A stretch of 54,533 nucleotides of DNA, counting the filler, from Sphacelaria rigidula (lineage: Eukaryota), in the NCBI GenBank assembly GCA_964200075.2. It is 4 parts of 4 records of this genome, joined end to end, with 100 filler letters (N's around TTAATTAATTAA, not from the genome) between each part and the next. Parts side by side here need not be neighbours in the genome. Positions count along the whole stretch, not along the records: positions 27,321 to 40,877 come from CAXNAA020002802.1; positions 40,978 to 54,533 come from CAXNAA020002803.1; 2 more parts are not named here. One strand, 5' to 3'. Positions 35,988 through 49,740 of this stretch are shown here, piece by piece. The notes under the pieces are model-generated. The model worked only from the letters and a program-made list of their open reading frames with translations. It made no database searches and was not told where the DNA came from. Positions within the stretch are counted from its first letter, which is position 1, and each line of letters begins with the position of its first letter. A program made the position numbers and the translations under genes.

Positions 35988-38900
35988 TATGGATTCAGCA
36001 CCTTAGGGTCGAGAGTCGTGCTGAGACATATTGGTGTTGAGAACCGCAAGGGCGTAACGAACCACGTTAGACCCACGACATCGAAATATTTTGTTTTCAA
36101 TGAGTCAAGGGCGGTTTCACTACGTTTGCGTGAAACCTGGATCTACTCTTTTTCCGACACATGGACACACACACACACACTCTCTTTATCTCACTCTCTC
36201 GACCAAGCTCCTCTCATCATGCCGTTGCAACCCTCTGTACCAGATCCAAAGCACAAATCTCGAAACTAAGACCGTTTCTCGCACCCCCCCCCCCCACACA
36301 CACACAAAAACCTTGATGAAAGAATCCAAGTCGAGGAACAATTTTCAACATGGGCGCTGCCGGCTGGTATTTTTGAATGAAATGCGAGCCGAGCGACTTT
36401 TTCAAGGTGTACTTCCCGATCGAAACATGGTGAGATTAAAAACGCCCACCGGCACACAGAAGGGGAGAGACGCACAGAATATATTCGTGCCTTCCTTTCT
36501 TCCTCATTTGGGGGGGGCTCCTGGAAGCTATTTCGATCATGGTCGGCACCACACACGCACTAGAACCGACGACGTTTGATCTAGGCGCACGCAGGATGGC
36601 GACGGAGGTTGATCATCTGTCAGAACCAACCGCGCTTCTGAGAACATTCTGCACTGAATGTACTACAGCATACAGTCAGCGTATGTTTAGGGTGTAGATG
36701 TCAGTTTGCATGCAGTAGTACGGCGGCTGCACTTGAAAAACCAAACGTGGACAGCGTGTAACACGGACACTACAAGACAGCACTGCACTCTCTGTACTGC
36801 CCCATACAAGAGAGTGTGAATGCCAGTTTGCACGCGGTAGTACAGCAGCTGTACGAAAAGAGATGTGGACAGCTTACAATACGGACGGCACCATACACAG
36901 CAGGTCTGGACACAGCAGTTTTGTCTGTCCTGTGCAGATTAGGATGCAGATGTCAGTTTGCTGTCATTACGAGCTGGGACAGCAGCCATCGGGGGACGTG
37001 AGGAATGCTCTATATTACTCGACGAGCTTTGTATCAGATATTTTTTTCGTATTTTAATACGGGTGGAAAATACCAACCGAAATACATGGTCTGAGCCGCT
37101 AACTCGCCTACAACGCATAGCTCCGTTTTCAGGCTAGCCCAACCTGCATTCTTGTCTGGGGTACCGCAGCGTTCCCCGGATAACGTCTGTCCACGACTGC
37201 TGTAGACAGCGACATCAGGGGGGTCGTCAGAGGGTGGGTGTACAAATTAGTGCACCTATTGTTAGCATTCCGGCATGTCTTTCGCTTGCTGCGTGGGACG
37301 TGAAACAGAGGTTTTCATGTGCACAAAAGGTTCCTTTTGAATTGGGTGTGTAGTCACTGCTCGTTAGAAACACCACATCGTTGCAGTTCGTACACATCCT
37401 GTTGGCATCCATATCTAGCTGTTGTCGTGATATGCACTAGACGTCTTGAAACCACGCCTGTTGTACCGTATGACAGGAGTGGAGACAGACATCATCAGCT
37501 GACTAATACCGAGATAGCCCCCCCACGAAAAGTGCACCGGAGACAGTCCGACAAACCGGCTGCGATCTCACTATTGGGCTCGTTTGCAGATATTCCATCC
37601 ACATGAGAGGCGTGTAGCGGTCCAAAATAAGCTATAACGCCCAAATAAGTCGCGTCGTGCGGCACAATACCAACTCTGACGACAGTTACGCTCATCGCGT
37701 TCGTGCACTTTTTTGGCCGGTTCGGGGAGGGGGGGGGGGCTATCTAGGCAGCAATCAGCTGCTTGATCACCATTAGACATGCCAATCGGGGCAAAAAAAG
37801 TGAATGAGCTGCTCGAGGAAATCACAACGACCACAGACGAAAGTTCCCCTTTTCCTTTTCTGTCCTGGGATGCTCCGCCCAAATACGTTTTTTACAGTCT
37901 CATCTCTTGACGGAGTGATCGCGCGCGCAGGCAACACCCTCCCTCTTCATACCCTACCTCCTGTTGCTGACCACCCACACGCACCACATAGCCGCGGCCT
38001 AATCCTCTCGCTTTCAGGGCGTACACTCTAAACCTGAATAAATAAATAAAATCCGGCTTACTGATCTGACCACGGGACGTGCTACGAAGTGAGCGCTGCT
38101 GTGTGATGCATTGGGGTTGTGAGCACCCAACGCGACCATCGGCGCTCGAATCGCGCATGAAACCGTGGGGGACCGCCCGGAGAAAACCTACCCCTCGATG
38201 GAGGATGTCCTGAGCAACGCACCGTCCTCGATAAATATGAGTGAAAAATAATGACAGCCAGAAGGGGCTAGGGGGGAAACGTCGAGGGGCAGGTCTGACT
38301 CGGTCGCGAAGTAGCTTTAGTTCGGTGCGTGCGCATGTGCAAATAACGTACACCCATTACACTTTCTGTTGAGGAAAGCGTCGCCGCTTGTGTACACAGC
38401 CACATAACGAACCCGCGGTAAAGAACATGGGGTGTACTGGACCAGACAACACCATTGTGACCGAATTATGGTCTCCTACTCGTCTGTGGTGCTGATTGTA
38501 TTGGTACCGTCATGTTCGCCATACCGCTTCTTCAGCCTCCGTCCGCTGCGATTCGAGCTCATATTTTACCTCGAGAATACACGGACAAATATCACCCTTC
38601 ACTAACCCCAGGGTCGGTCATACGTTGTATTGGCATACTCTTCACTTGAACAATGAATGCAAAACTAACATGATCCCATCGGAGTTCGGGGAGTGCAACC
38701 TTAGAGCCGGTTAGTGTAGAAAGAGGCGATCGTCTACGGGGATTTTGACTTCAAAAATGAACACAAGACGCCGCCCTGGCGATCAAGCGTCACTGTTACA
38801 GCGGGCGGGAAGAGGTGACGCTCTCCAAAGGAGTAATCCGATACTCGACGATACCCACAGAAGAAAGGAGGAATACGGCGGAGGACATTGAGAAGAAAAC

Positions 38901-40877
38901 ATTGTACTGTGCTACACTGTACTGTTCTGATTGTACTGTGCACTTCCGCTTCATTTAGTAACACAGACGGCAGCCACCTCATGATGGGTCAGTTGTGTCT
39001 GTATGTGCCTACTATTTACTTCAAAAATGAACGCCCACCGCAGCCCAAGGACTCTTTTTTTGCAACTGGAGGCAGGAAGGGATGGCGGTGTCGAAGTGTT
39101 TTGTGTAATCTGATCCTCGGTGATACCCATAGACAAACGGAACGAACGCAGCGGGTGGGAGAGCGAAGACAATACCGTACTGTAATATAAAGCATTGTAC
39201 TGCTGTACTGCACTGTGCGTTTTCGATCGGCTTTGTCTCGACCTATACAGACGGGCACCCCCAGCGTCGGGCATCTGTGTTGCATTGTCACAGTTTTGAC
39301 GTGAAAATGAATGATGAACAGACTTCACGACCGATACAACGCAGCAGGGAGGTGCACGTGTCATGGGTGCAGATGGCCTTCTGCGAATCTTTCCCCAACG
39401 GACCGGGCGGCCCATTCGCTTCTTTGCCGATCGACTGGGCGGATCATTCCACGGTTAGGACGAATCATCACGGGTTCGAATCACCACATCGACGATTTCT
39501 TCGGCCTAATTGCCCAAAAGGGAGAAAAAAGCTGACCGCTGGTCCAAGGGGTATCCACGCAAATTTTGCACCATTCCACGTGTCCGGGCTGCGTGTACAT
39601 GGGTTGCAACGCTGAAAACAAAGCCAAGGGATTGATTCGTACGATTCGAATCAATGACACTGAAACCGAGTAATTTCCAGACGAATCACTGATTTGTCCA
39701 ACCCTTCGATCATTCCCACCTTATTGGCTTGTTAGATATACCAACAGGAAGATTCTATACACTTTATTGAAAATAAAGCCTCCATGTTTTGGCCTCGATT
39801 AGCATGCTTGACCGGGTTGGGATTCGGTGGTGTTATCGCTCTAGAAGCTGATGGTAAGAGCTGATGTTTCAAATCACGGTGATTTTCTTTGTACAGGCTG
39901 GTTCACGCGTATCACCCAAAAAACACTCATCGGCAAAACCTAACGCCGTTTCAAGGAGTTGGACACCTGAAATTTTGCACGAATGTTCGATAGGTGATGA
40001 CGCAACCTTCGGAGGAACGTTTTTCTCCACTTCTTCACCATTTTCGGGGGTTCCAGGTTTTTGGGGGAAACCTCGATCCAATCGGACCCCCGTAAAACGG
40101 CAACAAATAAAATTGAACAAAAAACGTGCCTCCAAAGTTGCGTTATGTGCCAAAGCACAGATGTGCAAAGTTTCAGGGTCTAAATCGTAAGACGGCGTGA
40201 GATGTTCGGCCTTCGTGCGATGAAGTTTGCCGTACCGCGGTAAAACCGCAAACTACTTGATGCTAGTACCAAAACGGCGTTCTCGGGCCTTCTTCGACAT
40301 GAACATGGAGAGTCAAGCACCAAGTGATCGTGTTTTGCGACGAATATTTATGGAGCCCATCCTTGGGTTATGCGGCGACAGATCCTCTAAGAAAAAATAA
40401 AAAATAAAGTATTGTAGTGCCGTTTCTTTGGGGTCTCAGAATGGAGACTACTTCGAAAAACGACATGAATCCCGTCGGACCCCCCAAAAAAGGTAAAACG
40501 CAAGTGCAATAAACATCGTCCGTTAAAAATTGCGTCATGACACATGGCATATCTATGCAAAGTTTTGGGGTCTAACTTCTCATAACGGCGCGAAGGTTTG
40601 CGCGTCAGTGGAGAACGATGGCTTGAAACGCGCAACTCCTAACTACTTGGTTTTGGTGTGGAGACGTCTTTTGGGGTGAATTTCACGTCAAGGCAAGAAA
40701 ACCGTATGAGGTTTTCGAGTTTCTCCCCCAAACTTTGTACATGTGTTCCTTGGACTCTCCCGGGATGCATCATTTTAATATTATTCTCTGAGGGCATTCT
40801 GCACCGCCTTCCGGGGGTCTCCATGCCGGGACCCCCGGATGCCGATAGAGAACAGAGTAACCATGAAAAATCGTCAA

Positions 40878-40977
40878 NNNNNNNNNNNNNNNNNNNNNNN
40901 NNNNNNNNNNNNNNNNNNNNNTTAATTAATTAANNNNNNNNNNNNNNNNNNNNNNNNNNNNNNNNNNNNNNNNNNNN
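40878..40977. other. Artificial contig-joining spacer
   Basis: 44 N + TTAATTAATTAA + 44 N. Confidence 0.98.
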
Positions 40978-41049
40978 CGATAAAAAAAAAACTGGAGAAA
41001 CTCGGGGGGGGGAGGGTGAATTCCGCTTTCCGCAAAAACTGGGGGTTAC

Positions 41050-41470
41050 CTGAATATGCCGCTGGGGGCTTTGTCTGTCCACCGCTTCGAAGAAAGCGTC
41101 CATGTTGACAAGCCCCACATATGCAACTGCCTGCCATGACGAGCACTTGCTACAGGGGCATCAGCTGTTCGAATGGTGTTTCTCCAGCGGAACGCGACAA
41201 GGTATACAAGGCTCCAATCATACTGCGGTAAAGCATCAGCCAGTCCGACTACCGCGTGCCATCCGCCTCGATGTAAGTCGCCGCTATACATTCCCGAACC
41301 GAAACGCCGCTGTCGCGTGCTTACATAACGGTACTCAATTTCGATATACGGCATGAGAATGGCGTTATCTCGAAAGCTTCATGGGTTGGTTTCGTCGCCT
41401 CCCCGACTCATTTTTATGATGGGCCTTTCATTCGAAAACATTACCCGCATATTTTCAAAATCCATCACTG
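41050..41470 (-). pseudogene. Possible Y-family DNA polymerase (Pol kappa/DinB-like) N-terminal remnant
   Basis: LVNMDAFFEAVD resembles motif I (VDMDAFFAAVE) and ends at a CAG|GTAACC donor. It is preceded out of frame by ADAPVASARHGRQL and upstream VMFSNE..IIKMSRG. Confidence 0.4.
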
Positions 41471-42776
41471 CATGCATAGCACGATCAATGTTGTGGAACA
41501 ACGACACGACCAACACGCAGCAGGCACCCACACCCTCGGATCCAGCACATGCGCAGCAGCATCGATGCTATGCTACGAGTTCCGTACAGAGGCGCGAGTC
41601 AGAATCAATATCAAACTACCGCACTGTAGTGCACAAAGCCACACACGTGGCAGCATGCGTGTCCGGTGCAGGACCGACGAATGGCTCCGCGACATACAGA
41701 CTCATCGAGTTTCTTCGCTGCACCCGTAACCTCCAACCCTCAGCGAGCTTCATGATAAGAACACGGTATGGTCGCTTCGCCGACAACTCTTGTGCTCGCA
41801 GCCGACTTGAGCTAAAACAGTTCGAGTCCTTGGACGGATCTCTCAGTGGGAGAATGTCCCTCAGTTCTGAGGCACACTTCGGTTTTTCTTCAGTGGGACC
41901 CTGCCTCTGGGGTCGAGAGTTTCACCGGGGCACTAGGGTATCGGGTGAAAGCCCTCGTCAAGAGCTTCCAGTCAAAGTTCTTTTCGCCAGCTACATATTC
42001 AAAATATTGTCACCAAAACACATAATTGCTCTCCTCCGAAATAAAATGACTTTTTCGTACTCATTTCGACACCAACATGAAAAGTATCAGGGACTACAAG
42101 AACCGGCTACAGCTTTCGATCAACGACGTGGCCCGCGCTTGGATCCTGGTCCCGCAGAACACCCGGCCCCAAAGTAATCGAAGGATGGTTTTGCTTGGTC
42201 GTTGTTCATTACCCTCCTTTACTTGCTGTACACGTCAATACACCACTAGTTGCTATACAAGGGTGATTTCTGCTGTACATCTCGTACAACGCATTCGAAA
42301 CACATGGCAGGCGGTTGGATGACCTCATATGTATACTAAATCACACCTGCCGTGAGGTCAGTAACCACATGAGAAATTCTACGCGGCACCAACATGCGAC
42401 ACAGGACATTGCCTGAAACGCCTCAGTGGAAACCCCTAAAGTCAAAGCAAGGTCAAAATTTGCACTGCGTAGTACGAAACTTGCAGCGATTTCAACTTCG
42501 GGACGTGGATCACCTTGCAAACGATAGAAATGATGGCGCTGTACATGTTTTCAGCCGATCAATGTGTCACGGGAATGGTACGGCCAAACCGCAAACACCC
42601 ATGCCCGACAACATTTCCTGCAGGAAAAACAAAACCCACCAGGTTTCAGTAACTAACCGCTGGCTATATAGCCCCGTAGCTACGGCTGCCTCCCAACCGC
42701 ACGCCCCTTTCCTCATCTTCTATCGACAAATCAAGGTAACTCTCATGACCCAGAAACACGCGAATGCCCGATCTTG

Positions 42777-45700
42777 CTATGCTAAGTCACCATCACCACT
42801 AGGCGGCGGAGCCAAAACTACCGTCACAATAACAGGCGAGCGTCTCAGCTTCATCTTTGTCGTCTTCAGCTGTTGTTTCTTCTCGGGTGCAACCGATGCT
42901 CCCCTCGTCTCCTCGTTCACTCTGTCTGCCTGGCCTGGCCATTCACTGTATCTATCACATCCACCATCACCGTGCCCGAGATCCGACTCCGACGCTTCGC
43001 CCGCTACGGCGCTGCCGCTGTCGTTCACCCCTCCATCTCTTCCCGCTGAAGACTGCTCCGCGTGCACCAAGTCCGCGATAGGCCCGGGAGACGACTCAGC
43101 AACACTATCGCTACGCCCCTGTTGCACTTCCGCCTCTTGTGCTCGCCTCCAAAACCACGGAAACCCAAAGGTCCAGGAACGTGTGCCCAGTGCAGCCGCT
43201 GCCGCAGTGTCCCCGTCTTTTCGGCGTCTCTTCAACTGCCTCGGATCGTCATTCTCGGAGGGGTTGTCGGTGTTGCGGTCGATCTCGCACTCGCGAGACT
43301 GGAGGGGGCTCTGTTGCCGTTGTTGTAGTCGCTCTTGTTGTTCTTGGTGCTGGTGGCGTTGCTGCTGCGGTCTCCTCCGGTATTGCTGTTCCTCTCTTTC
43401 TCGATTGTAAGCACCGTGGCCAGCGCCATAACCGTCGCTGTCCATTTCGTTCTGACTGGATACCCTAACGACATTGTCTCGCCGGCTACCGCCGCCACCG
43501 CTGCTGCCGTGCTCGAGCGGTTTCATGCACTCTCGTCGACGGTCTGACCGAAGATGATGATCATAACCATCATCACTCCTACCATCATCGTCGTCCATAT
43601 TGGGCCTACGCCGCTTTCTGGCGCTGCCCACGCCGGGACCCCCCACGGTGCCTGTAAACCGCCTTGTCGGTGTAGGGTTTGGCATCCTCGTCACAGCCGG
43701 CTCGGGAGTGGAAGTTGGTATTGATAGCATCGGGAGAACGGCTGAGGGGAGAAGGACGTTGAGACCTACGAAGTGGTCTACACCCACCTGTTCGGGACAT
43801 CGGAACCAGCGAGTGAGATACAAGGCAAAGTAAGTTCGTCGAAAGTCAGTGCATTGAGGGAACGGTCAGAGATATCCCTCGAGTCGAAAGCGAAGCGCAA
43901 ATTTCGCACATGGTGCAGAGCCTTCCTTTCCTTTCGTATTTGGCTCCACGCTTGTCTGTGTCTGTGTCCGTGTCTGTGTAGGTGTACGTCTCTCTGCCTC
44001 CCTTTCCTCTCCATCTCTTTCTCTCCCCGCAGGGATTTTGGGCCGGTGATTTGCGGGATGTTCGTCACTTGTCGCACATGTGTATCGGTCAAGAAGTAGC
44101 CGCGGGCACGTACGCCCGACTTAGGATTGCAGTTCCCAACGAAGCAGAAACCACCTATGCCTCTTTTACGTGGTGTCTTCGTTTTTTTACCCCCGAAGTG
44201 AAGGTACGCCCAAACATTGCCAGGCTAGACAATGAGGAAAATCAAAGCGCGTATACAATAAACACGATGCTCCACTATTGAGCTCGGGACGAAACAAATC
44301 GTTTTGATATATATCAACTTCAGCATTTAAACTGTGGGTCTCTCAATCGACTAAAAAAAAGGGGAAAATATCGATCACTTCAGCGGACCAATCGCTGATG
44401 CGATAAGAGACCCAAACGTAACGTTCCCCTCACATCTTGGGCATTCCCCGTGCGCCCGGTTGCCCCTGGAACCGCCGCTGGGGCTGCCGATAGTTCCTGA
44501 GGAATCTCCCCCCACTGCAGCGACATACCATCGCCGTCACCACCGACGACATCCCACCAGTCCTCGCCACCTTCCTCGTCCAATCCAGTACTATTGTCAG
44601 GATTACGGTTGGTGGGACCGGTCGTCATGTGACGATTCACTGCCACCGACACATAACGGTCCGAGTCACAACTATCCGATTGGCGGTTTCTTTGTGGGCC
44701 TCGTTTTGAAGAAGGAATCCATGGTTTTTCGAGGGCAAACCCGCCGCTGACACCACCGCCGCCGCCGTCGCCGGCTGCTGTATATCGTGCCTCGTGGCCT
44801 GCCGTCGGTTGCTGACGGTCGTTAAACGACGAATGATGAACGCCAGCGGCGGTAGCAGGGGCCGTGACTGGGTACCGCGGGTCAGGGGTAGAAGCGGACA
44901 TGGGCTGGCATTGTTGCGTGCGTCCCCCGTTCGACATGTCCACGAGGTTGCCCCCGCGGTATTCGAGCCGAGCCACTCTGACTGGTGTGTTGGTTCGGAG
45001 TTGAAATACAACCTGTGGGCGAGTAACGGGGGGCGGGGGGCGGGGCGATCGCGTGAGGGGGCGCTCGATACACCTCGAAGACTCAACGGCCCGGTATCAA
45101 AAAAAAATATTTTTTTTCATGCGAAGGCTGTAAGCGGTCTGCTGTTCAGGGATTTTACACTACATTCGGGGTTGCGAAGATGCGACAGGTGTACAAGGAC
45201 TGACAGAACTCGTGAGACCATGCATGCATTTTTATTGCAAGGTCGGGAAAGTTGCGCCTAGCGTGGAACTACTTTTTTCCCGATTACATTCATCGACAAT
45301 TGCCCGGAACATCCAGCTGGAATTTTTGCAAGCGCATCCAAACACAGAGCTTACTGAACAAAAGCATGGAAGGGAGAAGATGACACGTAACACTGAGGGG
45401 GGGGGGGTGACACGCAACATCCATTCAAATCTACACCGCGTTTATACTATTGGTGCTGCACACAAAATACGTCTTTTTCAATGTTCGTGACGGATATCGA
45501 ACGCTTGACTGTTGATCGTTGAACCTTTTCCATTCAACAACCAGTTGGTAATCTTCCAGGTCATTAATCCTTCGTTGACTCTTGAGTTGCCGGTGTTCAC
45601 TGCTCAAGCCAACCAATTATGGACCCGCCTGTAGCTGTTTCGCCGGCGAAGAAGAAAGTCTCGAAACACCACTATTCTCCGAACCAGATTCGTGTAAATC

Positions 45701-46663
45701 ATCGCCGTGCTTCGCGTCTCCCGTCGCTGTCGCAGTAGCCGTCGGAGCCACCACCTCAACCATCCTAACCTCAGACTTGACCAACTCCACGGCTGCGGCC
45801 GCCGACCCGACGCCGGCTTTACCGCCAGCCCCTGCTGCGGGTTCAAAAGTGGAAAACTTATCGTCGCCGGAGACGGTTGCGGGATAACGCGGGTCGACAG
45901 TCGATGAGTCACCGCCACCAGCGGGGCATGCAGTAGCACCAGCGTTCGTGACGAGAGCGGCAAGATCCGATGTACAACCCGAGCAAACAACACGCAGAAT
46001 TACCATCGGCGCTGGGGGGGCATCCTCGGCGGAACATGCAGCCGATCGCAACACGTCTTGAGCACTTGTTTCCGTTGCCGCCGTTGCCGTTGCGGCTGCC
46101 TGGCCATTGTTCGTCGTGTTGCTGCTGCTGCTGCTGCCCATCAGCCATGCAAGCGGACGGCGCCAGCGCCCCGCAAAACTCGATGCCGGCGCCGCCGCAC
46201 GTGGAATTTCTTCTTCATTCGCCGCAGGATCGTAACACGGCGCGGGAGGTGGAGTGACTGGCGGTGGAAGCAAGGCGCGTAGGGTCTGCACCACCACCAC
46301 AAGTGGACGAGGAGCGGCTAGCTCCTTGCCCTCCCCGGTTCGCTCGATCTCGCTCCGCTTTTTTGCTTGCCCTCTATTGTTATCGGTCCTCGTGCCCCTA
46401 TTCTCGCGGCCAGCGACGCTCGTCGATTCGTTGGCGCGGGCCCGGAAGATTCGCATGGCTCCCCGACCATCGTCGCAGGGTAGAAACCGAGCCGCCGTGT
46501 TCCCTACCGATCGTTCTTGTCTCTCGTGATTTTCCATGCCCACTTTTCGCGATATCCGCATCCCTGGTGATTCTCTTACTTCGATCCCTCCGTCGATATA
46601 ATGATTCGCAGCCGGTCTCGCCACCGTCGGTGTTGCGGGCATGGTCGGATCCGCGAATATCAT
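42777..46663 (-). CDS. Hypothetical low-complexity protein, 3 exons (46663-45629, 45012-44434, 43787-42777; ~874 aa)
   Basis: Three long same-strand ORFs join in phase 0 through CAG|GCGGGT..CCCACAG|GTT and GAT|GTGAGG..GAACAG|GTG. No domain recognised. Confidence 0.65.
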
Positions 46664-47475
46664 TGTCGACCGCGCGCATCGCCGACTCCACCTTGCGATC
46701 GTCCTTGTTTTGGTTTTCAAAGCAGAAGAACATGGAAGAACGGTGACGGCTGGTAATTTGACTCGAACGGTGAATTGTATTTGATGGCGATATTGTGCAT
46801 GTATCGCGAGCACATGCCACTGTGATTGTCACTGTACTGTAACGAGCAGGCGGAAGGTGGATTGAGTCACAACTGTGTTGTGGTCGGAAATCAACGAAAG
46901 CCCGAGTTTCGGGAAACCAGCAACAGCGAATCTACTTCAACTCAAAGGGGGGTGGTCAGGACGGTCCCCAACCTCTACAGCATCACACTACTTGAATGCC
47001 CACACCCTGAACAATATAGTATGTAATATTTATTTCCCGCCTAATATGTCGACGCGTCGTGTGTTTGACATATTTCGGCCAAGCAGTATGATGGCACGAG
47101 AGACAGGCGAGTGTATATTGTGTCATCAATATGTCAAGGCTCGTGACATGCAATATATATCGACCTACGGTAGCAATATATCACGACACGCACAACGTGA
47201 ACATTTATTGGCCGAGTAACATGTTGGTGCGGTAAGGCGCCAATATCTATCCGACGAGCAAAATATTGACTGTTGCATGACGTCGATATATATTGACAAT
47301 TCAATATCCTCGACACCCGAAGCGGCAACACATACTGCCGCCCCGACACGTGCTCCAATGCGTGCAACATCTATTGGGCGAACAATACACGAGGGAAATG
47401 TCCATCAAAGTAAATGTGGCAGAGCAATGTATATTACTGGCTCAATGTGTATGATGGGAAGTATTGGGAATCAGT

Positions 47476-47835
47476 ATGTGTGTTGTCATCCCATCTATTC
47501 TGGACGCCAGTCAACACCTTTCGGCATATATATGGGCGAATCAGTAGGAGTCACACAGGAGGAAGGCCAACACAGGTTGTCTTCTTTTCGATCTTGATCC
47601 AGTACCACCTTCCTTCTGCGGTGCTTGCCTTTATTTTTCATCGCGAGAGGGTTTAAGCTATACCTTTCCCTCGTCGACCATGAAGCCGAATCTTGTTCAC
47701 CCACGACATGCTTGCTCTCCACTGTTACGCATGGTTTGAGAAAAAAAATCCCAGATCGTGTGACTGCGCCGAGATTCGAACCCACGACCCGACCGTCAGA
47801 AGGTTTCGAGGTTACCAACTGAGCCCATGGCGGGC
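47476..47835 (-). mobile_element. Near full-length tRNA-derived SINE
   Basis: Minus-strand head GGCTCAGTTGGTAACCTCGAAACCTTCTGA..GTGGGTTCGAATCTCGG (A and B boxes); body and CA-rich tail as at 51346-51668. Confidence 0.9.
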
Positions 47836-48907
47836 ACTTTTGTGTTCGGGGGTGTCATTGAAAGATGATTACCAGATACCGAAAACGCCCAATATATCCC
47901 TTTGCGAATATATTTTGGCTGCACAATAGCTATACGATGAGCGTGCGCGATGTACATTGGACAAAGATATTTTTGCATGATTTGAGTTCAGCACATATTA
48001 TCGCAACAATATGTTATGCATCGCTTCGACTCAACATACATGTATTGGCATTTCAATACATACACGGCCAGCATGAACAACACATATTAGACATTTTGTT
48101 CCCGGAGCAAGGGCGGAGCAAGTGCATGCGCAATACATAGTGAGATGCATTACTTCACAATCACGGCACAAGGAATATATGTTGGTGCTTTAATATACCC
48201 TGGACAATATAATATGTTCCAACGTGATAACAATACTTAACAGTGGATTCTCGAAAATGGGGTTGAAAAACAAAATGAGGTTCAACTCAAAAGCCGTGCT
48301 ATTCCTGACCTAAATCATCTCCTCGAGATATTGAAGCAATCAATGTTACTTGTGAGGACAATGCTCGCGCTATTTCCAATATCAAGTATTGACATCGTTT
48401 TGGGACATATTGTATTGTCCAGGGTATAAGCAACACAGCACCGGTGACCGGAGGGGTACCGAAAAGCTCATATCGACCCGCGTATTTTGCCATTCTATAC
48501 TGCGAAACAATCTAGAAAAAGGGAAAAATTCGAAAGAACAACTCAACAACTCTCGCCTCTTTTTCTCTTTTTTCCTCGGAGATATTCATGATAATGCTCG
48601 TATAACATGGTATACGCCCAAAAAATATTTCCTTCTTGAGTTACATTGAATGAAATATTCATGGGACGGGATGACTTACACGGTATGCGGCAGAGTACAG
48701 CACTTGCATAATACAGTTCGATGAAACACATACTCGGCATCGATGCGCCCGCCAAATGTATACTGGGTGGGTGATGCATTTTCGCGGACACTACCCCGAC
48801 ATATATACCGACCAGGCAATAAGTTGTCACCCACACGGTCCTGGCCCCACATTGACCGGCAAATATGTCGTCACCTGTGCGACCCCAATATATATATTAT
48901 ATATACA

Positions 48908-49496
48908 GTTCCTCTGTCCCATAGTAAAGGTACCTAACGGCGATACATTGTCTAGGTATGCCAGTGGTGGCGATGATGTTGTGGTTGGGTTCGTTAGAAA
49001 GGTAAAGCGCAGAAGGAGCTGATGGAAAGGATTTTTTTTTTTTTTTCATCACTAAAACCATGTCGAGATATACCCCATTTTGACCCTTTTTGATCCATTT
49101 TCCCACCATCATAGACCGATTTCGGACGTTTTCACACCGAGCACTAGCAGTTACATACTAACAAGACGTTGGATGGGGCGTGCGTAGGTTGATATCACGG
49201 ACATGTCCAAAATCAATGGTGGTTTTGCGATTTTCACATTCTTTGGCCCATTTTCCGCGAATTTTCGTGTTCCTGGGTCTATCATGCTTTCCTGGGAAAA
49301 CGAGCGGAAAATTGCCGTTTTTCGACCGACATACTGTTTCTCGGCCGCGCGGCTGCATGGTTCGAGCACGAGCTGCAAATTTCAAACACATTTTCTTGAC
49401 CCAAAAAACACCGTAAAGTTGAAAAAAAAAAAAACGATCGGACATCGTTATGGGCCGGTACAAATTTAGGTACCTTTACTTATGGGACAGAGGAAG
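48908..49496. mobile_element. Stowaway-like MITE, second subfamily (short ~28-bp TIR match, one long family arm)
   Basis: Left TTCCTCTGTCCCATAGTAAAGGTACCTAA, right TTAGGTACCTTTACTTATGGGACAGAGGAAG|TA. Confidence 0.85.
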
Positions 49497-49499
49497 TAT

Positions 49500-49740
49500 A
49501 TATTCGTCGTGCAATATGTCGTGCGCCCACACGGCCCCAATATATATGGATGGGACAATATGTGTGCAATCCCGTGGTACCAATATATATACATATATAT
49601 ATTGGGCGGGCAATATGTTTGCAGTCCCACGACACCAATATAGATTGGGTGGGCAATATGTGTGCAGTCCCAGGGTACCAATACATATTACGCAGGCGAT
49701 AAATCGCCACACTCCAATATGATCGACTCATATATTGGGA
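49500..49740 (+). repeat. Degenerate ~50-60-bp tandem repeat (CAATATGTGTGCAGTCCC..ACCAATAT); related units at 48770-48900
   Basis: Visible recurrence at ~49512, 49556, 49612 and 49654. The array appears split by the MITE. Confidence 0.7.

Noticed and set aside
37495-37780. qRRM-like peptide TVVRVGIVPHDATYLGVIAYFGPL (minus strand)
   Set aside because: Short resemblance only, needs a frameshift in a G-run, and has no supporting exons.
41353-43410. Plus-strand ORFs 41353..42177 and 42394..43410
   Set aside because: No recognisable domain. The second is antisense to exon 3 of the minus-strand gene model.
47760-47835. tRNA gene (also 51346-51420 and 13316-13354)
   Set aside because: A/B boxes continue into a shared non-tRNA body and tail found in several copies, and no intact cloverleaf is evident. 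These are SINE heads.
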